Positions 1-13,364 of a stretch of DNA of 64,000 bases are shown in pieces. Made by a program: the position numbers and the translations under genes. Under the pieces are notes generated by a model. The model did not search any database. It was not told where the DNA came from and saw only the letters and a list, made by a program, of their open reading frames with translations. Where the stretch lies: NCBI GenBank assembly GCA_964106915.2, contig OZ066923.1; one strand, given 5' to 3'. This stretch comes from Podarcis gaigeae. Lineage: Eukaryota. Within the stretch, counting starts at the first letter, position 1, and every line of letters begins with the position of its first letter.

Positions 1-1024
1 ATGGGGGGAGTCTATGTGGTCTGGAAACCACTATGTACTTTTCCTCAACCCTCTTCTGCATTCAGGCACTGTCATCACAATGCACAATGCTTTAGCTGCA
101 AAGCTTTTTTTGGCATTGTAGTGGGAGGGTGGGTGGGTAGAGAAGACAGCAGTTGAGCAAAGAAAACAAGACTGGGAAAAAGAATGTGAACCAGGATGTG
201 AATGTGGTGGTGAGTGGAATGGAGATAAAGAAGCTCAGCCCTTCCCTCCTTCCTTGTTTTTCCCTTTGCGCTTCCTAGATCTGTCAGCTATCCTTTATAG
301 AACTGCTGCAATTAGTAAAGCTCTGCTCTGGAAACCTTGGGGCAGAAATACTAATAAACAATAGCAGGCTAGACAAAGGTTTGCTTGTTTCCTTGTTTTT
401 TAAATATTATTTCCTGTTGACCCAGCCCAGTTCCTCTCAGGCTCCACCCTTGATCTGTCAGGCTCTTCTAGCCCCTGATCATAATCAGGTTCCACTGATT
501 AGCTGTATTAATGTTGTATAATGGGCATACTAATGATGTCAGCTTTCACTCTCTGTGTTGCAAGTCCTAGCCTGGCTCTTTCGCTAGCATTTCCAGACTG
601 GTAATTTTTAAATCAAACATTTGCCAATTCTGTTTACCCCAGCTATGCTTTAAGAGAAGGAATATATAACCAGAATGGGAGGAGGCACTTTTCTTCCCAC
701 CACACACTCCATATGATACAAACACCTCCAAAAATTAATGTTCCCTTGTTCTAATGTGTTATTTTGGGTAGCTCTTTTGCAAGGGACCAGGACCTGGAAA
801 TGAAGGTTTCCTCATGAACAATGTTTGCACTTGGGCCTCCTCTCTCTATTTTTCCTTCAACTTCTATGCCTTTTATCTCTGCAGTTTCATCTGTTCCCTT
901 CCCTAAGGACTTATCCACACTTACCTTTACTCCACTCTTTCCAGGAAGCTTTATTATGTGGCCACCAGAAGCCTTGCATTGGCTTTTGTGGCTCTTGTGC
1001 CTTTAAAGTGGCTAAACTGTGGGC

Positions 1025-1110
1025 CTCAAGATGTTGTTAGACCACAACTCCCATCATCCCTGACTATTGGTTATGTTGCCTGGGGCTTATGGGAGTTGAC
1101 GTCCAACATA
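1025..1110. mobile_element. Short palindromic MITE remnant (related degraded copies at about 28860-28950 and 33100-33185)
   Basis: atgttgttagaccacaactcccatc ... atgggagttgacgtccaacat inverted arms. Confidence 0.6.
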
Positions 1111-1530
1111 GGTTCTTTGCCCCCTGCTTTAGCAGTTGCTGACCTCATGTTTTCTTACTACCTGACATTCTCAAAGCCCTTATAAGATCTCAGGTGATGC
1201 CATAGTGTAGTTAAATCCCCACAGCACCTGGTATCTGTTTTCAGCATTGCTGCTACCTCAAACCTAATTAGTTTTTAGCTTAAACTTTGCCACAGAAAAA
1301 AGTACTTCAGGGTAACAGCTTTGATTTCCTTGAAATGGCAATAAACGACAGAGGCTCTGCTCACATTTTCTGTAGTGGAATTGAGGGACAAACCAGATAT
1401 ATTTATTTGCTTGCTGGTTTCATTATAAAGCTGAATATAATGGGGAAGTGGAACAAAATCTGCCCACTTCCCCATACTTTGCTACTTGAACACTTTTCAT
1501 CAGCTGGCTTGCTTCTGAGGTAAGTTAGGA

Positions 1531-1877
1531 CAGGGGTGGGGAACCTCAGACCTGAGGCACATGCAATCCTTGTGACATCTCCGTCTGGCTCTTGTTTGAA
1601 CCCCCTCTTCCTAGGCTGCACCTTTCATTGCCCCCTGTCTTTTTGCCTGTCTGGAATGTGCCCTTGAATCCTTATAATGTCTCTGGCCTGTCCGGATGGA
1701 GGATACAGAAAAGTGTGTGAGTGTGTATTGAAATTAACTTACATTGCAGACATAAAATTTACATTGGTTTCTTCTAGCTCTTTTGCCTCTTACCCTTGCC
1801 CACCACTGGCATGTAGCCCTCAGAATGTTGTCCACAAAGGCATGTGGCCCTCAGGCTGAAATAGGTTCCCCACCCTA
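1531..1877. mobile_element. hAT-type non-autonomous DNA transposon
   Basis: TIRs caggggtggggaacct / aggttccccacccta; degenerate TSD agttagga / agttacag. Confidence 0.75.
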
Positions 1878-2417
1878 AGTTACAGTTAGTAAATAAGGTG
1901 GGGTGGGAGATGGGGTTTCACTATGTACTCCATTTAGTGATACAGTACTGACCCTACTTTGTACCCAAACCAAATGTTTAGTGAACTCGTGCACGTGTGC
2001 TTTGACCTTGGGTGACAGATATTTGGGGCTGTCCAAAATCTCTCTCACACACTTATTCTTTAGCAGAACTTAAAATCAGTGTAGGTATGACTAGTCTCTG
2101 GGCCCATTTCATAATATTGACCACAGGATCTCCCAACCCTATACAAAGACCAATTTATGCAAATGCCTCCCCAGATGATTTGGAAATAAGTGCATAGGAC
2201 ACCTTTTAATGTTAATAACTAGATGTAGAAATTAAACCCATGTGGGAGTGGGTTGATGAGAAGGAAGAGGAAGTTGTGGGCAGAAGCGGGTGTGTAGCAT
2301 ATCCGAATTTCACCTCAGTAAACAAATTTTGCAGGGATTTTTATGTTTTTTCAGTTCAAGCTGCCGGACATGCTTGACTAGAATTTGCATTAGGATAAAA
2401 GAAACATGTATGAACAC

Positions 2418-2572
2418 TAATAATACTAATGCTAATGCTACTAATAATTTATTTCTTATATCCCGCCCATCTGACTGGGTTGCCCCAGCCACTTTGGGTG
2501 GCTTCCAACAAAAATACCCGGGGGGGGGGGGGGATTAAAAGCTTCCCAAAACAGGGCTGCCTTCAGATGTCA
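2418..2572 (-). mobile_element. 3' end fragment of the same L2 family
   Basis: cccgcccatctgactgggttgccccagccactttgggtggcttcc...acagggctgccttcagatgtc matches 61245-61365; degenerate (TAA)n tail. Confidence 0.85.
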
Positions 2573-5500
2573 CATAGACATCTGTGGACTCCTTCAAACC
2601 ACTTCAATCTCTTTCCAGACTGTGTGTCAGGGACAAGCTGGTTTTTGAGGTTGCAAGAGTACATTTGTCTCCTGCTCCATGTGGTAATGAACATGATATT
2701 AGAATGCATATGCCTGTGGGGAGGGAGAATGTCATGCTATTCTTATTAGATCATTTCCCCCTGGAGCTGTAACATGCAAAAGGTAAGGTCAGAAGTTGGA
2801 ATTAGTGCTGTGTCCAGCAAGTGAACTAAAAGCTCTCATTTCCTTAGGGTTTGTGCTGTATCTATATGTATAACACTGCAGGAAGTCACGTGGCATTCTG
2901 CTGGAGGGTTTTGGTGTCCTTTGTCTGTCCCCAAAACACACAGAAGTGTATGAGTGTGAGAGTGAGGATTTTTGAATGCCACAAGGATAATGGTTGAGGC
3001 ATATGAATGCTATCCAGAAGGAGAGTCCTTGAATTGAACAAGTGCTCCCTTAGGTCTGTGCAATGCCCTTCCACAAATCAACTTAATTTCAGTGTTGTTG
3101 TAGGTTTTTTGTTGTTTGTTTCAATCTGCACAAAGACTTGAGGCTAAAAATGAATGAAGCTGCAAAGTCATGTTCAGGACATATTGGGCACTGGTGATGG
3201 AGCCAAGAATAAAAAGCAAATGACAAGTTCTGGAACTGTGGGGGAAGCTAAAGGAAAACCCTTATGTTGGGGCAGAACATTCTGTAAGGCAATATACTGT
3301 GAAGGAATAAAAACGTGTTTGTGTGTGATGTGACCAGAAATCCTGATCTTCAGAATGTCCCTGTTAACACAGAAAATGGAACAGTTGTAAAGCACAAAGA
3401 AATATAAACAAGTTTGCCTACACTTGATTCACAAGCCTAGTTCTCTCAAATAGCAGATGAGGAAGTGAACCTGTTTCATGACTGTAGCACTTCAGACTGC
3501 AGGTGGGGCCTGGCATAATTGAATGCACTTCAAGCTAGATGTCAGAGAGAGGAGTTCCATCCTAACTTTTTACCGAATAGTTTTCTATGTGTAGGGAATG
3601 TTTATGTACTGAGGTGTGTTCAAGCATGTGAAGACACCATGTGAAACAGTACTGTCTAGTATTAGGTTGTCCACTCTATCTGTTCTTTGAGAGAACAGGT
3701 TCTAATCTACTATTGTGATTTTGGGGCACAGGGGGTTAGACTTTATGCCTGAGTCCCCTTCTAATTCTTGGATCCAGCAAGGAATCAATTGCTGGAATAG
3801 CTAGGCCAGCTTTTTGGTAAGGTGATGGCCCCTTAAGTATGGGCCATTAAGGTAACAAATGAAGTGGCTCTGTGCTAGAGAACAAATGGATGAGCCCCTC
3901 TACTTCTCCTGGCAGTTGGTTGGAAGGACAATTGTCAGAGGGGTGTGTGAGAGCTGAGCAATAAGTAGGCTGCAGGCTGAAGCCTGTGAAGAAGAGACAT
4001 GCTTGATGTTAATGCTGTGAGCCTCTCCAGTGTAGGCTCAAGTTGTATATATGTGTAAATAAATAATAAATCCTAAAGATACCACGGTTTCCACTGACTC
4101 TCATTCTGAGGAAACTGAACCCTGGGTAAACACCTGGAACTCCTGCAATTTCACAATGCTCAGGGATTGTGGTGGCATGCAACAATGCGGTGGTTACCTT
4201 CTGGGGTACCAGTATTTCACTGGCGTGGTAGTCTTCTTTTGTGATAAAAGTGGCTGTGCAACACCTGTCCCAAATGAGAGACCATAAATTTCTTTAAAAT
4301 ATTGGATTAATCAAAAATTAAATGACCTTTAGGGCTGTCAAAACAGTTCTTTCAGAATTCAGCCATCACCCCTTACAGGGCCAGTTAATCCTATCTGCTC
4401 CTTTGGTAGGTCACACATATTTCAAATATCAAAAACACCTGACGCTCTGTTGATAAACTGAATATTAACTAACATTTTTCTTCCAGGCTGAATTAATCTA
4501 ACCACTGAATAAATGGACTGAAATCTTGACTAATTAACATTTTGTCAGTGTGACAGGAGAAACTATGGAGCATTTTTAATTGTCTTACTGGGTTAGCTCA
4601 TGCATGTAGCCCTGCCAGGGTAATACGTCAAATGTGAACAACCTCCAGCTTGCTTGTATTTGCCTGTAGGAAGTAGTGTGAGTGAATCAGAACTGCATGC
4701 ATACCCACATGTATGCCACATGCCACAGTTGCAGCAGTCCTTTTTTGTAACAAGGCAAGACATTCACATGGAATCATTTGGTGGCAGGGCTGCTCATGGG
4801 TCATTCATATCATAGAAATGTACCTGCTACTACCAGAAGTCTACAGGCCTTAACTGCATTTGCTAGGAGCGGCAGCCACTTGAATGAACATTCCATGGTT
4901 GTCCCTAGCAACCACTTGGGCCTATAGACATCCCTCTCTGCTAAAGCCTGTGGTATTTATGACTGTGAAATTTCATTAGGAACATAGTTCACACTGTCCA
5001 TAGTTTCCTGCTGAGGATATTTGGGGTCCCAAAGCAGGAAATAGGATGAATATATCAAGCGATTCATGATGTCTTTTGCTTATAAACTTCCATAGGCAAT
5101 TTGACAGTTCACTGTATATAAATGTGGAAACAGATGTTTTAGCTGCTATCACAGAGAATCTTCTCTATGCTACTTTCTGAATGGGAGCACATTCCCAGTT
5201 CTTCACATCCTTCTTTAACATGCTGTTTGGAATCTTTATTGGTTTGAAAAATTCAGATATGATTGTAGCTCCCTATTTTTGAAAACTAAGCAATCCTGTT
5301 ATGCTAATTAAGGGTGATGAGGTCAGTAATGCACAGAGCAGCTTCTGAGGATTTTAAGAGACTCAGTTCAGACAAACAGCGGCTGGAGTATTAAAGCTGT
5401 ATCTTGGCTGTACCATTTCAGATTACAAGGATGGGCAAACATGAATGAATGCTTCCTCATGAAAAACATTTCTACACCTGGATTAATTTATTTTTTTATT

Positions 5501-5928
5501 GCTGTGGAAGGTGTTTTAATTTGCTGGTTCAGTATTTTTATTGGCTGTTTTCTTGGGAGGGATCTGATGGCTTTATGGTTGTACTGTCGATATTTTGCCA
5601 TTTTTATTGTTGCAAGCCACCGTTGCCTGGAAAGTCAGCTTATAAGTATTTTGAGTTAATAAACACACACACAAACACATTATGGAGATGTCTCTGTTAC
5701 ATCTTAGACATGTGTAGGGACTTTTTAATCTTTGAAGGAGCAATCACTCAGGTGAATCTCCACCTGCAGCCTGGAGTCTTGACACATGTTTGTGCTGTTT
5801 GTGTAGATTAAACCTCAGCCTTCTCTGTACTGCAGTTTTGTGCTTGATTTGTGAGTGTCAGTTCTGAGACCCTCTTCCTTAGGGATACAGGGTCAGGTAC
5901 TAAATTTGCTTCATTTATGTCTTGACAG

Positions 5929-6006
5929 AAGGAGGTCTGCCTGAGGCGGTAACTGTGAGCACTTCTGTGGCTGTGACTGTAGGTGGGAAGACGGCAATTG
6001 CTGCAG
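5929..6006 (+). CDS. CACNA2D4: CACNA2D4 internal coding exon (78 nt, phase 1/1): (E)GGLPEAVTVSTSVAVTVGGKTAIA(A)
   Basis: Acceptor cttgacag| and donor GCAG|gtagga. The peptide resembles the alpha2delta-4 segment VTASTAVAVTVDKRTAIAA. The terminal G joins CT of exon 51425 to give GCT (Ala) in frame. Not in the ORF track. Confidence 0.9.
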
Positions 6007-6507
6007 GTAGGAACTTGTTTCAATATACTTGAGGCATAGGGTTGAGGTTAAGGATAGGGAAACACTTCATTTAGTATGAAATTGTCTCTTTTGCAAACTG
6101 GTGGGTGACCCATCACTTGTCACAGAATTTATTGTCTGAAATCTGTCTATTTAAAACTAGGCCTTAGACAAAGTCACATGTATAGAGTTATTGTCATTTT
6201 TGTGTTTGGCAAAACATCATATCTGTTTCTTGCCACTTTTTCTGCACATGCCCACTCACCAAAAAAGTCTGCTAATTTTCAGGACTATAGAGTTCCTGCA
6301 AATGCCCTAAAGAGACATACCTGGGGAAGCTGTACAGTTCTGTGGCAGAAGGACTGGGAAGCAGCCTCTAAAGCCTCACCTGTTTGCTTTTTCAGTTAAA
6401 GGTTCCGGGCTCACCCACACTTCCTTTCATGTCACGCTTTCTAGGCACAGGTCTGAGATTTTTAGGTCTGTGTTCAAGCAGTGTGTAGATAGATAGATAG
6501 ATAGAAT

Positions 6508-6644
6508 CAGGGGTTTTTTTTTCAGCTGGAACTCTCTGGAACTCAGGTCTGGCACCTCTCAGGTGGCTCCATTGACATTGTAAGAGAACAAGGGAGGTGT
6601 TCATGGTGAGTTCTGGCACCTATTTTTCTAGAAAAATAGCACTA
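6508..6644. mobile_element. Short MITE-like insertion inside a (TAGA)/(TAGG) microsatellite
   Basis: Imperfect TIRs caggggttttttt / aaaaatagcacta and an internal repeated motif tctggcacct; flanked by tetranucleotide repeats. Confidence 0.55.
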
Positions 6645-9315
6645 GGTAGGTAGGTAGGTAGGTAGATAGGCTCTCTGCTTTCCCTCGGAAAACCCACTGT
6701 TTACCACTCAATCTGAACAAATGACAATTGAGTTTTCCATGAATGATCTCTACACCTTATCAAATGGGCAATTTTCAGAACAAAAATTGAAACCTAAGAC
6801 TATTCAGCTTAGCCATGTTAAAAGCTCTCAATGCTTGTGAATCTGTGATGGCTTAGTCTTTTAAGGATGTACAATGTGTAGTTTGGGGGCATTCATGTAA
6901 CTTCTTCATGTCCTTGAAGTGGTTTAACTGATGTCTGAGGTTTTATAATGGTAATAGTGAGTGGTGAGTTCAGGAGAGAATTTAGTGGAGAGACAGGTGT
7001 TTTGGAGAGAATGGAGAGTGAGCGCTGCGAGGTGGCTGGAGGAAAAGGTATTGGCTGATAGTGACATTTCAGAAAATTGCTAAAAGTCAAATGAACAATC
7101 GGTCATATGTTTTGCTGGTTTGTTTTGTAATTGTAGCATTCAAAGGAGGGAGTTGCATTATGAGCATATGTGAACTCATGATACTAATGCAGCCTTAGAT
7201 GCATTTCTTTGTAAGAACTGAAGCATGGAGTTGAGGGAAGAAGGAAGCCAAAGGATGTGAACAGAGACCTCTGGAGAAATCTTACACTTTGCATAGGACC
7301 ATGTAAAAAGTGGGCTAGAACCAGATATACAAGCTTAAGGATCAGGGTGGTCAAGAAGAGGCAGAGCATTAAATATCAATTTTTTATTAGCAATAAGCAG
7401 CAAAATATTTGCTTCTGGTTATGTTCTGGACAGAATATAAAAGACAAATATGTCATCTTTACCTCTGTGTATGTCCCTGAATACTGAGTGTTTTTCTGTA
7501 CTGCTAGCTCAGTTTAGGCTGTGGCCTTTTTTAGGTGGAAACCACATGAAGGGAGCTTCTGCAGTCTAAACCATATCTTTCCCAGTGAATTAAGAAGCCT
7601 ATTTGCTACTGTAATGTACCTAACAGCTTTTGATCACTGTGCAAACATTAACTAAGACATAATTATTAATTATGGTTTAATTGGGGCTATTTTGTCTCCA
7701 GAGGTATAAGCCTAGAGTCTCTCGCTGGCTAAATCAGCTCTCTACATATGACAAACATAAATCTGTATAATATGAGGAATTCCTAACCCCACTCTAGATA
7801 ACGTTACTGACTGTTCTCTCATGTGAGTCAATAACCTGAGGCATTATGCTTCACTAGGGAGAAACTGCTGTAGTTACATCGCAGCTGTTGACAGATTTAA
7901 AGTCCCAGTGAAACTGCTGGAATCTGTGCGGGAGTTCTGCTGTCTCCCTGGTCTGTGTATATATGATGTCTCTCTTATTGTGTGACCTTCTCCTCAAGTG
8001 AGTTATTTGCTTGGAATCTAATCCTAATTTCAAACATGAACAAACTCCAGTTTGTGTATGTGTCCGTGTGCTTTAAAGAGTTGATTTTGGTTGCTGCTTC
8101 ATATAGGACCATGATCTGCGTGCCATGGCTTAAAACCTCAAAGTACTTCATAGATGGATCTGCCCTTCCCAATACAAAGGAGTTCTAAGGCACTGTATTT
8201 TGCTGTTCCCCAAACCACCTCTCTGTTTGCATCAAAGGGTCTTTTTTAATCACTCAATAAGTTGAAGACAACCATCAATCTTGTGAGCTACGTGCACACA
8301 GAGGAGTTTCTGACTTATTTCCCCCTGCACAGTACCTGACAACGTTTCAAAGTAGCTTGTGACACGCCACAAAGAGGTACAGAAGGGAAGAAAAGTCAGA
8401 AGGCCTGCTTCATATTCACAAGCCATTGTGCAGGTTCTGTGCATTTGGCACAAGTGCAGAAAATCCACTGGTCCCAATTTAAAGGGCTCGTTGCAACCCT
8501 TCTTCTCACTACATTCTCCATTGGGAGCCATTCGTGCAGACATAGCCTTGTGGGATAGTTAGGTTAACTAACTGCAAATACATGACAACAGGGCTGAATT
8601 CCAGCAAAGACCAGGTGCTGAGCAGCCTTTTGGCTTTGCCGTTTCTGTTCTCTCCATTTAAGTTAACTGTTGGGAAAGTAGAGGTGGAGGCATTGTAAGT
8701 AGCTGTGGTAGTTCAAGCTTATGCACAGATATTTATACAGAAAACTGTATTAGAAGTTTCACAATAATTTTCTTTTAAACACAAAGTTAATTATTCATTA
8801 TGTTGGTTTGTTTATCCCACCATATAGGGGAAAGCCTAAGTAAGAGTTCATTTTGATTTTAAAGGAGGAATATGCTGTTTTAGAGTTTCTATGCTGTGCC
8901 TCATTCCTGTGCTTTGAGCTCACCTGGGATGGGGTTGTGCCAGTGTGAGAGTTTTACTGGAAATGCCTTGCTGATACTTGTGGATTTCCCAAGGAAATAT
9001 TCCACATCTCCAATCTGCTGGCTTGAATCCCATTCCAGATTTGAAATTGCAGCCAAGGAGTTGATTTAATCTCTCATACAGCTGACGCTGTCGAGCTCAG
9101 AGTTATCTATCCAATGCTCTCCTTGCTGGTTTGTCTCTGCATTACTTCTGCTGTTGTGCTTGAAGGGAAAAGAGCCCGTGGCTTTGTCCTAGAGGAGGCT
9201 CACAACACTGCAGGACATTTTGAGAGGGGTGCCCATAGATTTTGAGCTGCCCCCCTTTTCTCCTAAATCATTTGATAACGTTTTAATTCTACGCAGAATT
9301 AGAGCAGCGAGGGGG

Positions 9316-9329
9316 GTTGCTATAGCAAC
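9316..9329. promoter_or_regulatory. RFX X-box, perfect palindrome GTTGCTATAGCAAC
   Basis: Exact match to the GTTRCYATRGYAAC consensus, with an AP-1 site TGACTCA at 9351-9357. Function not demonstrated. Confidence 0.5.
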
Positions 9330-9784
9330 TGTTTCCTTGTGCCTTTGGTCTGACTCATTTCAGACAATTACTCTCATGCTCCAGGATTCACAGATGTGAT
9401 AGAGGAAGAGTCATGTGCTAGGCTTTCAACTTTTCACTTTTAATTTCCTCTCCTTTTCACTGGTATTAACTCATGCATGGCTCCAACCCTATTGAAATGT
9501 GTGTACATGTGTGTGCATGGTTCCTCTGTGAAGGGAGCCCACTTCAGTAGCATAAGTTGACATAACTATGAATTCTTGGTGGAATTGTGAACATATTGGG
9601 CTCCTGGCATGTTTGAGGGCATAGATCTGGGTAACCACCACGCATAGCCCCCCCCCCATGTTAGGCAGAACTCGGTGCAGCTATCCAGGCAAATATTGTG
9701 CTCAATAGTATCAAAAGCATCTTAGAGATCAAGAAAAAGCAACAGGGTCACACTTCCCCTCTGTCCCTCTCCTGAATAAGGACC

Positions 9785-9905
9785 TCTATCAGGGTGACCG
9801 AGACAGATTCTGTCCCAAACTGAGCCTGAACCCAAAATGCAATGGGTCAAGATAATCAGTTTCTTCCAAGAGTGTCTGCAACTGGACTGCCATCAACCCT
9901 CTCAA
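9785..9905 (-). mobile_element. Degraded L2-type reverse transcriptase fragment
   Basis: Translates QLQTLLEETDYLDPLHFGFR, similar to the LDPxQSGFR motif of L2/CR1 RTs. Confidence 0.65.
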
Positions 9906-12042
9906 GCATCTTACCCCAAAAGCAGTATTAGTAGTATTTCTGGTATTCAGAAATAGAGTGACCATGTATGTGTCTTGTTTTACAGAGGGCAATCTTTTGT
10001 AGAGGGCAGTCTACAGATGACAGTCCTCTGGTTGAAGGAGTTCTGTTTGAATCACTGTCCTGTCCTAATCTGGTTTAAAGATAAAAGTATGCCCTGTGCC
10101 AGGGCCAAGTGTCTACAACTTGTAAATCCCTGCACTGAATAAAGCCCAAGAGCATACCAGGGACTGCGAAGACCTGTTTTCACTGCTTGCCTGGGAGTAC
10201 AAAAACAGGAGGGTTGTCAAGCACTTGGAAGACCATATCCAGAGATTAGGTGTATTCAGATTTGTATTATGTCTCTGAGACAGGTTCAAAGTAACAAATT
10301 CATGTATTCTCTCTGATTAGTGTATCTGCATGATACAGCTGTTGGTCACATTCACGCCTAATATTTTCAAAAAGTCATGGATGTAGAGTTCTTACATAAG
10401 CATCTGGATACTAGGGGTTTTGTGCATTGCCTTGGAAATTGCATGATCTGTGGATCTAATTTGCAGTCAGTTTATAGCTTTTCCCTTTGCGCTTTTGTGA
10501 TGGGCATATCTGGCTTTCTGGATTCTAATAACTGCACAAACTACTACAATAGCGGAATAATTTTGCAGTGATTTGTATTGAAATGTGAATCATGGTTGTG
10601 CAAGCGAGCCCTGGGCATAGTTCTTAGTTCTGTTCCCTCTTTGACACCCTCTCCTCATTTCCACTCAAAAACCCAACCCATGCTATCTTACGATACCATT
10701 GCATAATGTAAAAACTGCTGACTTCAGTGGCAGTGGGAGCTGGGAAGTGTAATCCTCACAATATGAATTTCCATCACCAGTTACCCAAGAGCCTTTTAAC
10801 TAGAAATGCCAATGACTGAACATGGGACATAGCCCCTCCCCACAGAGTTATGGTCAGAAGATAGGGAAATGACAGCAGACTGATAGGGAAATGGAAAGAG
10901 AGTGTACAGCCCTTACTTTCCTTCTTTTGGAAATTGAGCTGAATTGCTCTTTCTGGCTTCTATATGTCTTCATTCCTGCTGGCAAAGGCTTCAGCAGCCT
11001 GTACAGTCTGACATGCAATGAAATGGAGAGCAAAGTAGAGCTGTCCTGTGCCAAGCACCCTCCTGGTAGGGTTTCTGTACTACTTCCACAAAGTTCTGGA
11101 AACGATTCAAGTTCTTCACATTAGGGAGCATGTGTCTGAAGGAACATATTTTCAATTCCTCATCAAATACACGTAGTTTTCTTCATTTACATCACACCAT
11201 TGGCTTACAATACCCTTAAAGGCTAAGTCATTTAGAGCCAAACTGGCATCTAAATTTGGATCTGGCGCAAAGGCTCCGCTGTGCCTCTCCTTCTCAGATG
11301 ACCTGGATTTGTGTCAAGAGAAAGAATGGCCAGAGAAAAGCCCTGCTTGTGGAGGAGAGCTACCTTTTTAGAAGGCAGATGGAATGTGGGGGCTTGGGAT
11401 CGTCTATGACAGTTGAGAAGCGACAGTTGAGAAGATCAGAGAAAGGAAAATCTGAAGAGCAGCTGCTCATGGAGAGGCAAGAGAGAGAGATTATGATGAT
11501 GAAAGAGACCAAAAAAAAAAAAAAAAGGAGGGGAAAGGAGCAATATCGCATGCTGGAAGGGAGAGGTGTGAAAGCATAATTTGCACAGTGCTCCCTAACC
11601 AGTCAGGGGCATTGGATACAGTCTGTATATGCGTTTCTTACCAATCTAAGGTTGTAAGAGGTATGAAGAGAGCTTGTAAGGTATTAAACGTCCAGGAGCA
11701 AGGATAGGTTTTTATGGGCTAGCCTGCACAGTTTCTGCTGCAGAGGCCATGTGGCACCCTGTTTTGCTACTGTATGAGCAGTTCCTGGTGAGTTAGTTCC
11801 TTGCCCCCAGCACATGGTCAGTGCATAACAGGATCTTGCTTGGATGCAGCTTGAGTAGGTCTGAAGAATTCTGGAGTACAAGCCAGCTAGTGCATGCACA
11901 GTTCACCAGTTGACGGGGATGCAGATCCAAGGAGCTGTAAAAGTTGCATAGCGTAAGAGTTTTGTGGCACTTTAAAGACTTTTATTGTGTGAGCTTTCAT
12001 GGAGTAGAGTCTGCTTCATCATAGGCATGTTTATCATTAGTT

Positions 12043-12045
<3 letters not shown>

Positions 12046-12077
<32 letters not shown>
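12046..12077. repeat. (GT)n microsatellite
   Basis: Directly visible. Confidence 0.95.
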
Positions 12078-12079
<2 letters not shown>

Positions 12080-13218
12080 ACACGCATTCATGCTTGATGA
12101 GTTTGTCTGCTAACTGAGGATAATAATATATCTCATAAAATGAACTTAGTGAAAACATATGCCACAATGCATTTGTTAGTCTTTTAAATGCCACAAGAAT
12201 TTTGTTGTTGCTCCAGCAAACTAACCTGGCAACCCCCCTTGGTGCAAGATTCGTAGAGGTGTGATCCAACCCAAATTAAACAATTGCCTTAGCTTCACTT
12301 CTGGTCCCTTCTGTTTCTTTGTGTATTTGAGTATTTCCCCTTTATGTTAGAGAATCTCTTGCACTCATTAATTCTTGCAGAAAATTTGCAGAGCAGTAGG
12401 TTATTTCCACAAACCAAACGTAAAGCATGAGTTGCATAGGAAAATACATTCTTTATTATTCTTCTAAAACAACAAGCCAGAAATATAATATACCTTCAGC
12501 TGCTTTTTAAAAACTGGTTCTCCCTTAAATTCTAACAGAAAAAAAGGATTGTATGTGCCATCTGTCCTCCTTTCAAGACCCCCACCCCGAGGAACTGTGC
12601 CTACCTCTTGTTTTCTTGGGATAGTGTGACTGTACCAGGAGCTAAACTTCCCTTGGTTGCTGTATTGACCTACCAGCACAGGAAAGCACATTCTTATCTA
12701 TATCCACCTTTACTAAAGGAATTAGGTTGTCCTTCATTATGGCTTTTTGCCAACTTTTTTTTTTAAAGGGTAGTCTCTCCTTAGCTGTCAGCTGCTGGCT
12801 GCACCTAATAGCCTGGAGCATACTAAGGGAGTTTTCACAAGTGATGTAGAAATTTTTACTTAAACCTCTTGTATGCCGGATTTCTGCAGTGATGTTAACA
12901 GGTGCATGCATTATGAATTTTTGCACTGCATCCCTTTCTCATTTCTAATTATCTTCCAATCTGTTTTGATCAGCACCAGTCAAGCCCACAGGAGAGCTAT
13001 GCTGCTTCATTTTCAGTGGTGGCACTTTGGCATGTGTTTTCAAAACCAGGCCTACTCATGCCTACAGAGAAACAAACATCAGTCTGGTTATTAAAATTAA
13101 TAGCTGGATAGTTTGAAAGTTATGGACTATTAGGGCTATTCCCTATGTTAGATCCCATAGTAAGAGAGTTTTCAAGTGGTACATTAATAGGCCATTTGTG
13201 CCATTTGTGAAGTGCCCT

Positions 13219-13364
13219 CAGTGGCGTAGCGTGGGGGGTGCAGGGGGGGCCGGCCGCACCAGGTGCAACATCTGGGGGTTAGGGTTAGGGGGCGCAAATC
13301 CACGGGTTAGGGGCGCAAATTACTTGCCTTGCCCCGGGTGCTGACAACCCACGCTACGCCACTG
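13219..13364. mobile_element. 146-bp MITE, hAT-type, young
   Basis: Perfect 17-bp TIRs (cagtggcgtagcgtggg / cccacgctacgccactg) and a perfect 8-bp TSD agtgccct (13211-13218, 13365-13372); CpGs retained. Confidence 0.93.

Noticed and set aside
1440-1526. AGLLLR followed by gtaagt, resembling alpha2delta-4 TRAGLLR
   Set aside because: Flanking residues do not match and the donor position does not fit the expected exon structure; likely chance.
2584-2772. ORF ending LLDHFPLEL, reminiscent of the alpha2delta-4 TLDRFPLWY exon
   Set aside because: Similarity is limited to about 5 residues, a stop follows, and the rest of the motif is missing. The real preceding exon appears to lie upstream of the window.
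11256-11579. 107-aa charged ORF
   Set aside because: Driven by purine-rich low-complexity sequence and an A-run; non-ATG start and no homology recognised.
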